Positions 56,080 through 64,000 of a stretch of DNA of 64,000 bases are shown here, one piece after another; position 1 is the stretch's first letter, and each line of letters opens with the position of its first letter. Under the pieces are notes generated by a model, which was not told the DNA's origin, did not search any database, and was given only the letters and a program-made list of their open reading frames with translations. Origin of the DNA: Bacteroidales bacterium (lineage in GTDB: Bacteria; Bacteroidota; Bacteroidia; Bacteroidales; WRLA01); assembly GCA_965230045.1 (NCBI GenBank), contig OZ245940.1, forward strand, positions 458,900 to 522,899, read 5' to 3'. Made by a program: the position numbers and the translations under genes.

Positions 56080-56100
56080 TTATTAAGTCGGAAACTTTAT

Positions 56101-59088
56101 TTATTTCTTAACAACTTTCTTAAGGAAAGTAGCAGTTTCACTTGTCATACGGATGATGTACATGCCTGACTCCTGATTTTCCATATTAATAACAATTTGG
56201 TTAGAAATCATTTGTGCATTAGCAATAACGCGTCCGCTCAGGTCAATTACTTCAACAGTATAGTCACGGTCTGCAGCAACAGTAATATAGTTTGTTGCAG
56301 GGTTTGGACGGATGCTGATCAGAGATTCAAGCTCTTCGATTCCAACATGTAAATTAGCAAAGTAGTCATCAAGCACTACATCTGCATCAACAACGCTGAA
56401 ATCACGGTTTGGATCACCGACCCATTCGCCACCGTCCCAGCCGGCATTCTTGAAATACTTATACTGGTAGTCACCAACTTCAACATCCATCAGGCTGGCA
56501 GTATAAATACCGTCGCCATCATCGTCTAACATCATAATAGAACCCTCTTGTCCCGGTTCAATCCAGCCGATCATGCTACCTGTTACATAAACAACATCTG
56601 CAGCAGGATCAAAAATTCCAATTTCAATTGCGCCATTCAGGTCAGCATTGAAAGTTACCATATAAGTTACGATATCCATTTCGAGTGTTACATCTTCGGT
56701 AACAGCAGCACCGGCAACGGTTACAGAGCCTTCAGCATCCATATAACCTTCGGCCATAACAGTATAAGGATAATCACCATCCATGAGGTCGATTGTAGCA
56801 ACACCACTGGCATCAGTACTTACATCCATACCATTGATGGTAACAGTAGCGCCTTCAATTGGGTTGGTTTCCATATCAGTTACGTTGAAAGTAACGGTAT
56901 ATTCTTCAGCAGCAGGAACGATGAAAGAAACGTTGATTTCGGTAAATTCGTTGGCAGCGTCATTAGCAGCAACAACGAGTTTTGCTACGTTTGTAGAACC
57001 TGGTTCCAGATCAGAAGCATCGAAAGAAACTGTGATATCATCAGTTTCGCCACCTTCGAGAGCACCGGCTGTTGGGTTTGTAGAAAGCCATTGAGGAACG
57101 CCATCGCCAACGAGGTTACAAACGATAAAGAGGTTGCTTTCGATAGTTTCGTTCATTTCGCTCCAACCCGGACCTGTAGAGAGCCAGTTTACGCCAGGAA
57201 CCCTTGGGCCTTCATCAAGTCCCATTGGGAACAGATCGGCACCCGGATCAGTTACCTGATAACCTACCCAGATTTCGTTACCATCGAGGTAAATAGGATC
57301 ATCAAGAGTAATCAGCACCTGTTCACCTACTTCGGTTACAGTAAAATCTTTTTCCATTACGAGCGCACCGGGGCCTGGAGCATCAAATGAACCGCGATTC
57401 CAGATCATCAGCGTACCTTCGTTGTTCAATGGAAGGTCATTGATGCCAATAAGTACAGATGCGATTTCCATTCCAATATAAGGAGCAACATCAGCGGGTT
57501 CAAATACAGTAGCAGCACGTACTGTTACTTCGCTTCCGTAACCAACACCACCACCGAATGCACTTTGAACGTGTGTGAGTGTACCATCGCGAGTAATTTC
57601 AGCATTGTTTGTGCTTGTAGCACGAACTGCCTGAAGCTCGCTCATTGGGATATAATTTTCTTTTGGAAGATCCTGCTGTGGGATTGGGCTAAGGGCTTTA
57701 CCTGCATCAGGATAAATAGGATAGATAGCGTAAGTAAGCTCTTCTTCACCAACATTACCAACAGTGAACATTTCATCGTCACCGGTAGTAGAAAGGATTG
57801 TGCTTGTGCTTACGTCAATAGTTGCAGGAGTAAGACTGCTTGATCCGATATAATCTACGTCATCAACATAGAAGTTAGGAGTACCTGTATCAGCGCCTGC
57901 GTAAATATTAACACCACCAAGCTGTGCAGTACCTGCACCACCACTGGCCTGTGTTGCGAAAGGCCATGTTACGATGTGCTCACCATCAATGTAGAAAGCA
58001 GCAGTGTCGGCATCGATGTCAATGTAGTTCTGAACATAAACCCATGCGCCTTGCGTATAATTAAAGGTAGTTGTTTCGCCATTGGCGTCAAAAGTACCTG
58101 TACCATCAAGCAGGAAGAATACTTCGCAAGCCCACTCAGTACCGGGTGCTTCGAAGTGCTGCAGGTTGAAATAACCTTCAGAGTTTCCATCATTTTCAAC
58201 GTAATAGTACATGTTTACCCAGAACTGGCCGCTGGTTTTGTTTCCAAGAGGAAGAACCATGTCGTTTGTTCCGCTCACGTGCATTGATTGTGTTGGGCTG
58301 TTGGAGAATGCAGAAGAAATAATTGCATCTTCGGCAGTGGCAGGAGCATTGCTCCAGGTAGTCCATACGTCAGAATTTTCGGCTACATAAGCACCATCTG
58401 CATAATCTTCGAAATCATCAAAGAAAAGAGAAGTAGGAATTGATTCATAAACTACATCGTCCATATAGAAGTTTGCTGTACCTGTTTCTGCACCTGCATA
58501 AACGTTCATGCCACCAAGTTGTGCAGCACCTGCACCACCACTGGCTTGTGTTGCAAACGGCCATGTATGAACAAGCGTACCATCAATATAAATCATAGCT
58601 TCATCAGCATCGATATCAATGATTGTTTCAACAAAAACCCATGCGCCTTGTGTGTAATCGAAAGTAATTGATTCGCCATTAGCATCAACGTGACCCGTGG
58701 CATCAAGGTTGAAATAAACCTCAAGTGCCCACTCAGTACCGGGAGCTTCATAATGCTGCAGGTTGAAATAACCTTCAGAGTTACCGTCATTTTCTACGTA
58801 AATGTAGAAATTCACATTATATTTTCCGCTGGTTTTGTTGCCCATTGGAAGAACCATATCGTTGGTTCCGCTGATGTGCATTGAGTTTGCTGGACTGTGT
58901 GCAAAAGCATCCGAAACAACGGCATCTTCTGCCGATCCGGGATCGTTGCTCCAGGTAGTCCAAACATCAGAATTCTCGGCTACGTAGTCACCTACGGCAT
59001 AGCCTTCGAAATTGTCTTCAAAGATGACCTGAGCATTCAAAGCGAATGCGAATACCATCATCATTGCAAGAGTAAATAGTTTTCTCAT
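56101..59088 (-). CDS. Large secreted multidomain protein with a T9SS C-terminal sorting domain and duplicated lectin/LamG-like N-terminal domains
   Basis: 995 aa. Signal peptide (ALNAQ). Two roughly 195-aa tandem repeats, a CarboxypepD_reg-like segment (YTVTFNVTD...GATVTING), a CBM20-like segment (VYVTGSMIGW...GDYQYKYF) and a CTD (IRPNPATNYITV...VIDLSGRVI...GMYIIRM...KVVKK). Confidence 0.75.
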   Translation of the reverse strand: MRKLFTLAMMMVFAFALNAQVIFEDNFEGYAVGDYVAENSDVWTTWSNDPGSAEDAVVSDAFAHSPANSMHISGTNDMVLPMGNKTSGKYNVNFYIYVENDGNSEGYFNLQHYEAPGTEWALEVYFNLDATGHVDANGESITFDYTQGAWVFVETIIDIDADEAMIYIDGTLVHTWPFATQASGGAGAAQLGGMNVYAGAETGTANFYMDDVVYESIPTSLFFDDFEDYADGAYVAENSDVWTTWSNAPATAEDAIISSAFSNSPTQSMHVSGTNDMVLPLGNKTSGQFWVNMYYYVENDGNSEGYFNLQHFEAPGTEWACEVFFLLDGTGTFDANGETTTFNYTQGAWVYVQNYIDIDADTAAFYIDGEHIVTWPFATQASGGAGTAQLGGVNIYAGADTGTPNFYVDDVDYIGSSSLTPATIDVSTSTILSTTGDDEMFTVGNVGEEELTYAIYPIYPDAGKALSPIPQQDLPKENYIPMSELQAVRATSTNNAEITRDGTLTHVQSAFGGGVGYGSEVTVRAATVFEPADVAPYIGMEIASVLIGINDLPLNNEGTLMIWNRGSFDAPGPGALVMEKDFTVTEVGEQVLITLDDPIYLDGNEIWVGYQVTDPGADLFPMGLDEGPRVPGVNWLSTGPGWSEMNETIESNLFIVCNLVGDGVPQWLSTNPTAGALEGGETDDITVSFDASDLEPGSTNVAKLVVAANDAANEFTEINVSFIVPAAEEYTVTFNVTDMETNPIEGATVTINGMDVSTDASGVATIDLMDGDYPYTVMAEGYMDAEGSVTVAGAAVTEDVTLEMDIVTYMVTFNADLNGAIEIGIFDPAADVVYVTGSMIGWIEPGQEGSIMMLDDDGDGIYTASLMDVEVGDYQYKYFKNAGWDGGEWVGDPNRDFSVVDADVVLDDYFANLHVGIEELESLISIRPNPATNYITVAADRDYTVEVIDLSGRVIANAQMISNQIVINMENQESGMYIIRMTSETATFLKKVVKK

Positions 59089-59451
59089 AATGTTAAAAAT
59101 TTGGTTAATAAATGGTTAAATCCTATAAAATGCTAATTTTAAAATTCTCCAATAACAACAGTAATTGTTTGAAAAAATATCCAAATTCACTGTTTTCCAA
59201 TGTCTTTTCAGTCGTTTTAAACAATCTATCCGAATAAATATCCAGATTTTCAAGCCCAAAGATATAAAAACTATTTTATATACTGACCGACTTTGCATGC
59301 TTTTGTTTAATTGAGATATGCATCAAATTAATCAAAAGCTTAAAAAGGAACAAGCCTGGTCTTTGGATGTTTATGTATTTTAAAAATAGAGTTATAAATC
59401 ACTTTGGATCAATGATTTATATGAACAAATATGGCGTCGGGGATATATTCG

Positions 59452-59491
59452 GCCCCAAAAAAAGAAAGAGCCGGACCGGGTGGTCTGGCTC
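59452..59491 (-). terminator. Rho-independent terminator
   Basis: On the minus strand, GAGCCAGACC-ACCC-GGUCCGGCUC (59468-59491) is followed by CUUUCUUUUUUU. It lies 37 nt past the stop of the 59528 gene. Confidence 0.7.
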
Positions 59492-59527
59492 GTTTCGGAG
59501 AGGGTAAATATTTGGATGACAAGTGGC

Positions 59528-59899
59528 CTAACACATTTTGCAGATCATTTCGCCCCAGGAGTTGCGTTTTCTTATTACAAAGCGGAGTTCTTTGCCCGCT
59601 TTGGTAACAAGATTGAGGCCGTTTGACTGCAAGAAACCTGATTTAAAATACATTACATCGCTAATTTCGGAAGGTTCCACTGCAAGCTGCTGATCTCCGG
59701 AATATCCGTTTAAGGAGAAAAAATAGATCCGTTGATTTGTGATGATCAATTTTCCTTTTACTGCATCACCACCACCGTTCAGGTATTTGCTGTCGCCTGC
59801 GCGGATCACGGTTTCGTTGGGTTTCAGGTCAATTTTCATGATGCATTTTTCTTTGAAGGAAGCAATCCCTTTATTCAGCATGTGGGGGATTGCTTCCAT
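59528..59899 (-). CDS. GRAM/bacterial PH-like domain protein
   Basis: KGKLIITNQRIYFFS, together with the surrounding beta-rich roughly 100 aa, resembles GRAM/bPH domains. The start is uncertain: 59899, 59881 and 59839 are all ATGs, and the ORF opens at 59974. Confidence 0.4.
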   Translation of the reverse strand: MEAIPHMLNKGIASFKEKCIMKIDLKPNETVIRAGDSKYLNGGGDAVKGKLIITNQRIYFFSLNGYSGDQQLAVEPSEISDVMYFKSGFLQSNGLNLVTKAGKELRFVIRKRNSWGEMICKMC

Positions 59900-60059
59900 G
59901 GTAATTTTTTCTTCTTTATACCGAATTCCGTGCCATAATTTATAAAACACTGAATAACAGAAATATATGGACAATAGGGCTTAACTGCAAATCCAATTGT
60001 GTCCGTATTCGTCCATTGGATTGTCCGTTTATACACAAAATAAAGCCGGAGGAAAAAAA

Positions 60060-61046
60060 CTAGACTACCATCAAATTACAGCCACGCACATCGCTTTCGT
60101 CAAAACGCCCCAATACTTCAAAACTGCCGTCCGGATGCACTTTTCCCAAATCCTGTGTAGCAATAAAGGGGCAGGAATTGATATTGGCCAGATCGATTAC
60201 ATTAATGCCCCCGCTTTTTCCATGCGGGAAAATTGTAAAGGGATCATTGGTGTCGCGAATTAGAACCTTCATCCAGGGCGGGCAAAAAAAGCGGCCGTTG
60301 CCTTTGGAATATGCCTGGCTCAAAAGTTCGGTCATTCCGTATTCCGAATGAATTTCATTAAGTCCAAAAGCGCAGCATAAGCTTTCGTGCAGTTCTTCGC
60401 GTATCATTTCTTTGCGGCGCCCTTTCATGCCACCGGTTTCCATAATAATGGTATTTTCGAGTTGCTGCGGGAATTGTTCCGCCAGATCGAGCAAGGCAAA
60501 GCTAACGCCAATCAGCAATGTTTGGGATTTTGTGGGTGCGGCCAGATGCCTGCTCAATTCTTCAAGATTGTTGAGGTAAAATCCGCTTTGCGCATGATCG
60601 CTTTTTTGGATCAGCTTTTCAACCATATAAATCAGGGAGCTGCCTTTACGTTCCAAATAGGCAGGAAGCAAGGCCAGAATACGCATTTTTTTTGCGGGGC
60701 CGTAAAACAATTCAAAAGCCCTGAGGAAGGACTCTTCGTAAACAGACAAGTCCGAAACATAATGCCGGCTTTGGCTCATGCCACCGGTGCCACTGCTGAG
60801 GAAACAAATTTCATCTTTTTTTTCGGGCCAACAGGCAATGCGGTGCTGCTTGAAAAAAGAAATGGGCAGAAAAGGGATTTGGCTCAATATTTCCGGGCGA
60901 AAATTTTCCGGGAAAGCATTTCTAACAAAATCGCGATACACCTGATTTTCTTTCATTTGCATATCAAACATCTGCAGGGCTAAATTTTGAAATGCCTGTT
61001 CGTCAGCAAGCGAAAATATTTCTTTTGGATTAATATTCATCAGCAA
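60060..61046 (-). CDS. LuxE/PaaK-like acyl-adenylating enzyme (usually annotated as acyl transferase)
   Basis: 328 aa. SSGTGGMSQSRH (AMP-binding P-loop-like), ETGGMKGRRKE, and a C-terminal GRFDESDVRGCNL. Confidence 0.5.
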   Translation of the reverse strand: MLMNINPKEIFSLADEQAFQNLALQMFDMQMKENQVYRDFVRNAFPENFRPEILSQIPFLPISFFKQHRIACWPEKKDEICFLSSGTGGMSQSRHYVSDLSVYEESFLRAFELFYGPAKKMRILALLPAYLERKGSSLIYMVEKLIQKSDHAQSGFYLNNLEELSRHLAAPTKSQTLLIGVSFALLDLAEQFPQQLENTIIMETGGMKGRRKEMIREELHESLCCAFGLNEIHSEYGMTELLSQAYSKGNGRFFCPPWMKVLIRDTNDPFTIFPHGKSGGINVIDLANINSCPFIATQDLGKVHPDGSFEVLGRFDESDVRGCNLMVV

Positions 61047-61057
61047 TAGTGGTGCAC

Positions 61058-61534
61058 TTAATGCGCATCCTTTTCTTTTTTAATTACAATCCCGATTTTA
61101 TGAATACCTTTCAGGCTGCTTTTCCCGCTGATATTCGAAAGGGTAAAGGTATAATTTCCTTTGCTGTGAAATTTAAAGTGATGGCGCAGGGGCACGCAAA
61201 GCTGGCGGTAATCTCCTTTTAATTCGCCTTTAAAAGCGCCATTGCGTTGGCGGATCGGCAAAACAACATCCAGGCTGCGTTTTTCTCCTGCATCGGATTT
61301 AATGTTAAGTGCCAGTTCGATGTCATCGAGCAAGAGCGCAGAAGTATGTTCAATATCGGCCAAAACCTGATATTCACCCTGTGTGTCATTCATGCGGAAA
61401 ACAAATTCCGGTTGCACAGAAACATCCCAGCGGTTATCTTCAAAAGTGTATTGTTGCTTTTTCACACCGTTTGAACCACAGGAAAAAAGCATGAAGATTA
61501 AAAAGGCTGTAAAGGTATATTTCAACAATTTCAT
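61058..61534 (-). CDS. gldH: GldH-like gliding-motility/T9SS-associated lipoprotein
   Basis: 158 aa. Lipobox LFSCG. The size, W after the lipobox region, and the C-terminal LKGIHKIGIVIKKE resemble the GldH pattern I recall. Confidence 0.45.
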   Translation of the reverse strand: MKLLKYTFTAFLIFMLFSCGSNGVKKQQYTFEDNRWDVSVQPEFVFRMNDTQGEYQVLADIEHTSALLLDDIELALNIKSDAGEKRSLDVVLPIRQRNGAFKGELKGDYRQLCVPLRHHFKFHSKGNYTFTLSNISGKSSLKGIHKIGIVIKKEKDAH

Positions 61535-61537
61535 AAT

Positions 61538-62608
61538 CTATTTTTTAAAAGTAAACTGCATCAGCACCGGCTGATGGTCTGAATATTCAAACGAAAGGTC
61601 GGTGTTTTTAATTGCCAGGGGCTGCACATTTGGTGAAACTACAAAAAAATCAATGAGGTGCACTTCAGTTTGCCCTTTTATGTAGGGCGCTGCCACCGAA
61701 CGGTTTGTTGGTGTGTGATGTTCCGTTACATACGACCAGCCTTTGGGCAGCCAGCCATTAGGAATACGGTCCGGATTTTCTTTTGCTTTATCACCATTAC
61801 CGATCATGCCTGCTTTAAAAAAACCGGGCGTCATGTTCCAGTCCCCGCCGATAATCACATAATTTCCTTTTCTGTGTTCGGTTGTCATAACTTGCCTGAG
61901 TTTATCCAGTTGTTCCAGCCTGAGGCTACCATCGTCAAAAGCCGAATTATGCGTATTGATGATGACCAGTTGCCTTTGGTTGGTCATCTGAAAACGACTC
62001 AGAATAAAACAGCGGTCGAGCATGAAGAGGTTTTTCGGGAAGGCAAAATTTCCTTCAAAAGCATAACGCTCGGACGATACCGGCAGTGGCAGCGATAAGC
62101 TCAAAAGCCCACTCAAGACCCTGCCCATGGGGCGGAAAAGCGGTACAGGCACAAAAGGAACTTTGTAATTTGGGGCAAAAGCGCCGCTGTAAAACCACAA
62201 TTCGTTGAGGAGGAATTTTTCCTGATCTTGCTCATAGGAGCGTTTCGATCCGCGATCCACTTCCTGAAGCAGGATAAAGCTCACATTATCGTGATCGAGC
62301 AGAAAATCAGAAATTCCTGCCAGGTTTTGGTTTATCCGTTCTTCGGTTGGGCGCACCATCTGGCCTCCGTCATAAAAAAAATCTTCTTCTGCACCCAGTC
62401 CGGCATAGCCGATATTCCAGCTCATAATACTGAAGGTGTCCAAAGGAAGCGCCATAATTTCTTTTGGCTCGGGGCTGTGCAGATTGAGGCGTTCAAGCCT
62501 TTCGGGCTGATAATCACCAAAATACGCGATAAGCAGTACAGCACAAAAGTACAGCACAAAAGCCAGAGGCAGCAGCAACAAATATTTCAGCATCTTCTTC
62601 ATAAGCAT
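61538..62608 (-). CDS. Endonuclease/exonuclease/phosphatase (EEP) family protein, membrane anchored
   Basis: IMSWNIGYAGLG, LLQEVD, INTHNSAFD, IGGDWN and SDHQP are EEP catalytic motifs. I prefer the start MLMKKMLKYLLLLPLAF at 62608 over the ORF opening at 62704. Confidence 0.7.
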   Translation of the reverse strand: MLMKKMLKYLLLLPLAFVLYFCAVLLIAYFGDYQPERLERLNLHSPEPKEIMALPLDTFSIMSWNIGYAGLGAEEDFFYDGGQMVRPTEERINQNLAGISDFLLDHDNVSFILLQEVDRGSKRSYEQDQEKFLLNELWFYSGAFAPNYKVPFVPVPLFRPMGRVLSGLLSLSLPLPVSSERYAFEGNFAFPKNLFMLDRCFILSRFQMTNQRQLVIINTHNSAFDDGSLRLEQLDKLRQVMTTEHRKGNYVIIGGDWNMTPGFFKAGMIGNGDKAKENPDRIPNGWLPKGWSYVTEHHTPTNRSVAAPYIKGQTEVHLIDFFVVSPNVQPLAIKNTDLSFEYSDHQPVLMQFTFKK

Positions 62609-62747
62609 CGGGCAAATTGTTTGTTGGGCAAAAATACGAAGGAAAGCCAATATGGAAAAGCCGGGGCACGATAGAATTAGCTTGGTTTTAAAACAGCTTT
62701 TCAATAAAAACGTTTAATTTTGTGCGCTTTAGTATTAAGTCCTGATT

Positions 62748-63440
62748 ATGTTACCTGTAGTTAACGGTATTTTTGTTGGTATAACTTTGGCTCTTATCGT
62801 TGGTCCGGCCTTGTTAGTTTTGCTTCAAACCAGTATCCACCGGGGATTTAAAAGCGGTCTTTTTATTGCTGCGGGAATATTCCTGAGTGATGTAACCGTT
62901 TTGGCCCTGGCCTATCTGGGTATATCACAGGTTCTGGGGCATGATCCCCGTGAAAACATGTGGTTTGGAATGATTGGAGGCATTATTCTGATCATTTTTG
63001 GCACTGTAACGTTTACGCGAAAAGTTAGCATACAAAGCAAGGAGGAGGCCGAAAAAAACGGTAACCGCCCCAAGCACCCGATGGTTTATGTCACCAAAGG
63101 ATACTTCCTGAACATTGCCAATCCCGGAGTTTGGTTTGTTTGGCTTACAGCAATGGTCACCGTTAGCTCATCTTACCAGGCCGACTGGAAAGCAGTTACA
63201 TCTTTTTTTGCGGGAACTTTGCTTACCGTACTGGCAACCGACACATTAAAATGCTTTATTGCCCACCGCATCAAAACGCTGATGACGCCAAAAATCGTAA
63301 CCATAATAAACAGGATCGTAGGCTTGATCCTCGTGGTTTTTGGTGCTTACCTGATTTTAAATGTTTTTTACGATGTGGAAAGCATGGTGCATCTCGATGA
63401 AATTGGAAAAGCAGTAGATAGCCTGCGCAGCGGAAGTTAA
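62748..63440 (+). CDS. LysE/RhtB-family amino-acid exporter
   Basis: 230 aa. N-terminal GPALLVLLQTSIHRG motif and six TM segments. A TAATTTTG -7-like box is at 62715-62722. Confidence 0.65.
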   Translation: MLPVVNGIFVGITLALIVGPALLVLLQTSIHRGFKSGLFIAAGIFLSDVTVLALAYLGISQVLGHDPRENMWFGMIGGIILIIFGTVTFTRKVSIQSKEEAEKNGNRPKHPMVYVTKGYFLNIANPGVWFVWLTAMVTVSSSYQADWKAVTSFFAGTLLTVLATDTLKCFIAHRIKTLMTPKIVTIINRIVGLILVVFGAYLILNVFYDVESMVHLDEIGKAVDSLRSGS

Positions 63441-63446
63441 AATAGC

Positions 63447-64000
63447 TTAATACGGATATCCGTATTCATCACCATAATCCGGCTTGATATCTTTTACATT
63501 CAGTTGTAAGCTGACTTTTCCGTTCCATTCATTTTCTTCGAGATGGTAACAGAGCGAAAACGGCTGGTTGCTTTTTACAACATCAAAATGATCACCGAGC
63601 TGGAAGGCAATCCCGGAAACAGGAAATCCCGAAATATGCGGATGCACAACAGAAAGTTTGATATGGTTTTTGCCCACAATCCTGCTGAATCCGGTATCAA
63701 TAAGGCGGCGTGTACGGAAAACCGGCGACATATTTCCGGGGCCGAAAGGAGCAAATTGCCTGAGGATCCTAAAGAATTTAGGACTGATATCCGTTAAATT
63801 GATTTCGGCATCAATTTCAATTTCCGGTATCATCATTTCTTCGGTAATGGTATCTTCAACAATTTGCATGAAGCGTTTTTGGAAAGCTTCGAGCTTCTCC
63901 GGTTTTAGAGAAAGCCCAGCCGCATATTTGTGTCCCCCGAAATGTTCGAGTAAATCACTACAGGCATCAATGGCGTCATAAATGTCAAAATCCTTTACAG
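63447..64000 (-). CDS. recJ: Single-stranded-DNA-specific exonuclease RecJ, C-terminal part (gene continues beyond the window)
   Basis: The frame stays open upstream of the listed Met. My translation reads ...LLEHFGGHKYAAGLSLKPEKLEAFQKRFMQIVEDT (the DHHA1 GGHxxAAG motif), followed by the C-terminal OB-like domain. Confidence 0.8.
   Translation of the reverse strand, partial: VKDFDIYDAIDACSDLLEHFGGHKYAAGLSLKPEKLEAFQKRFMQIVEDTITEEMMIPEIEIDAEINLTDISPKFFRILRQFAPFGPGNMSPVFRTRRLIDTGFSRIVGKNHIKLSVVHPHISGFPVSGIAFQLGDHFDVVKSNQPFSLCYHLEENEWNGKVSLQLNVKDIKPDYGDEYGYPY

Noticed and set aside
59116-59298. 60-aa minus-strand ORF in the 440-bp gap upstream of the large T9SS cargo gene
   Set aside because: It is very AT-rich, with no start context or recognisable domain. 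The region more likely holds the promoter and leader of the 56101-59088 gene.
1-64000. Searched intergenic regions over 150 bp (33689-34044, 48033-48395, 59089-59527, 26304-26667, 14365-14585, 11848-12057, 54845-55093) for tRNA, rRNA, tmRNA, integrase, transposase or IS ends
   Set aside because: I could not recognise any cloverleaf-compatible sequence, rRNA signature, terminal inverted repeats or recombinase ORF. No mobile element is therefore claimed around the 47-50 kb or 53-55 kb islets.

Overview
This window looks like a Bacteroidota chromosomal segment. Evidence: several type IX secretion (T9SS) C-terminal sorting domains, a GldH-like lipoprotein, an ECF sigma/anti-sigma/DUF4252 trio, and TTTG-N19-TAnnTTTG promoter motifs. 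It is densely coding. I saw no rRNA, tRNA, CRISPR array, transposase or integrase. Content, in order:
- Sugar aminotransferase (WecE-like) and SDR-type threonine dehydrogenase.
- Heavy-metal RND operon: His-rich small protein, a 1439-aa CzcA-type pump fused in frame to a TolC-like domain, an adaptor, an HMA-AraC regulator and an AlkD-like protein.
- PorZ-like T9SS protein and a dCache/PAS hybrid histidine kinase.
- Second RND pump plus TolC with no adaptor gene, apparently co-operonic with a bitopic membrane protein and an ArnT-like GT39 glycosyltransferase.
- NUDIX hydrolase and rsmI.
- Two tandem BNR-propeller T9SS cargo paralogs with near-identical sorting-domain DNA.
- Beta-helix lipoprotein plus porin pair.
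- mscL, an orphan HipB/Y4mF-type HTH gene behind three phased palindromes, ubiX and aspS.
- TetR-TolC-HlyD-2xATPase-2xABC-2 permease exporter operon.
- POT peptide transporter, an AT-rich islet of small lipoproteins, a TIGR01212 radical SAM gene and a 995-aa internally duplicated T9SS protein.
- LuxE-like gene, gldH-like gene, an EEP-family gene, a LysE-family gene and the 3' end of recJ.

The best candidate for an undescribed system is at 44.9-47.1 kb. A stand-alone CarH-type cobalamin-binding protein (Wx9EH plus ExHxxG-x41-SxS-x26-GG) is translationally coupled to a soluble PAS histidine kinase and to a small helical protein, and no response regulator is encoded nearby. Directly downstream (47.2-49.8 kb) is a small defence-like islet: an AbiEii-type nucleotidyltransferase with an unusually short partner, three 32-bp direct repeats, and an AAA/DUF4143 ATPase with a PD-(D/E)xK-like motif. 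All family assignments come from motif recognition by eye; no database search was run.
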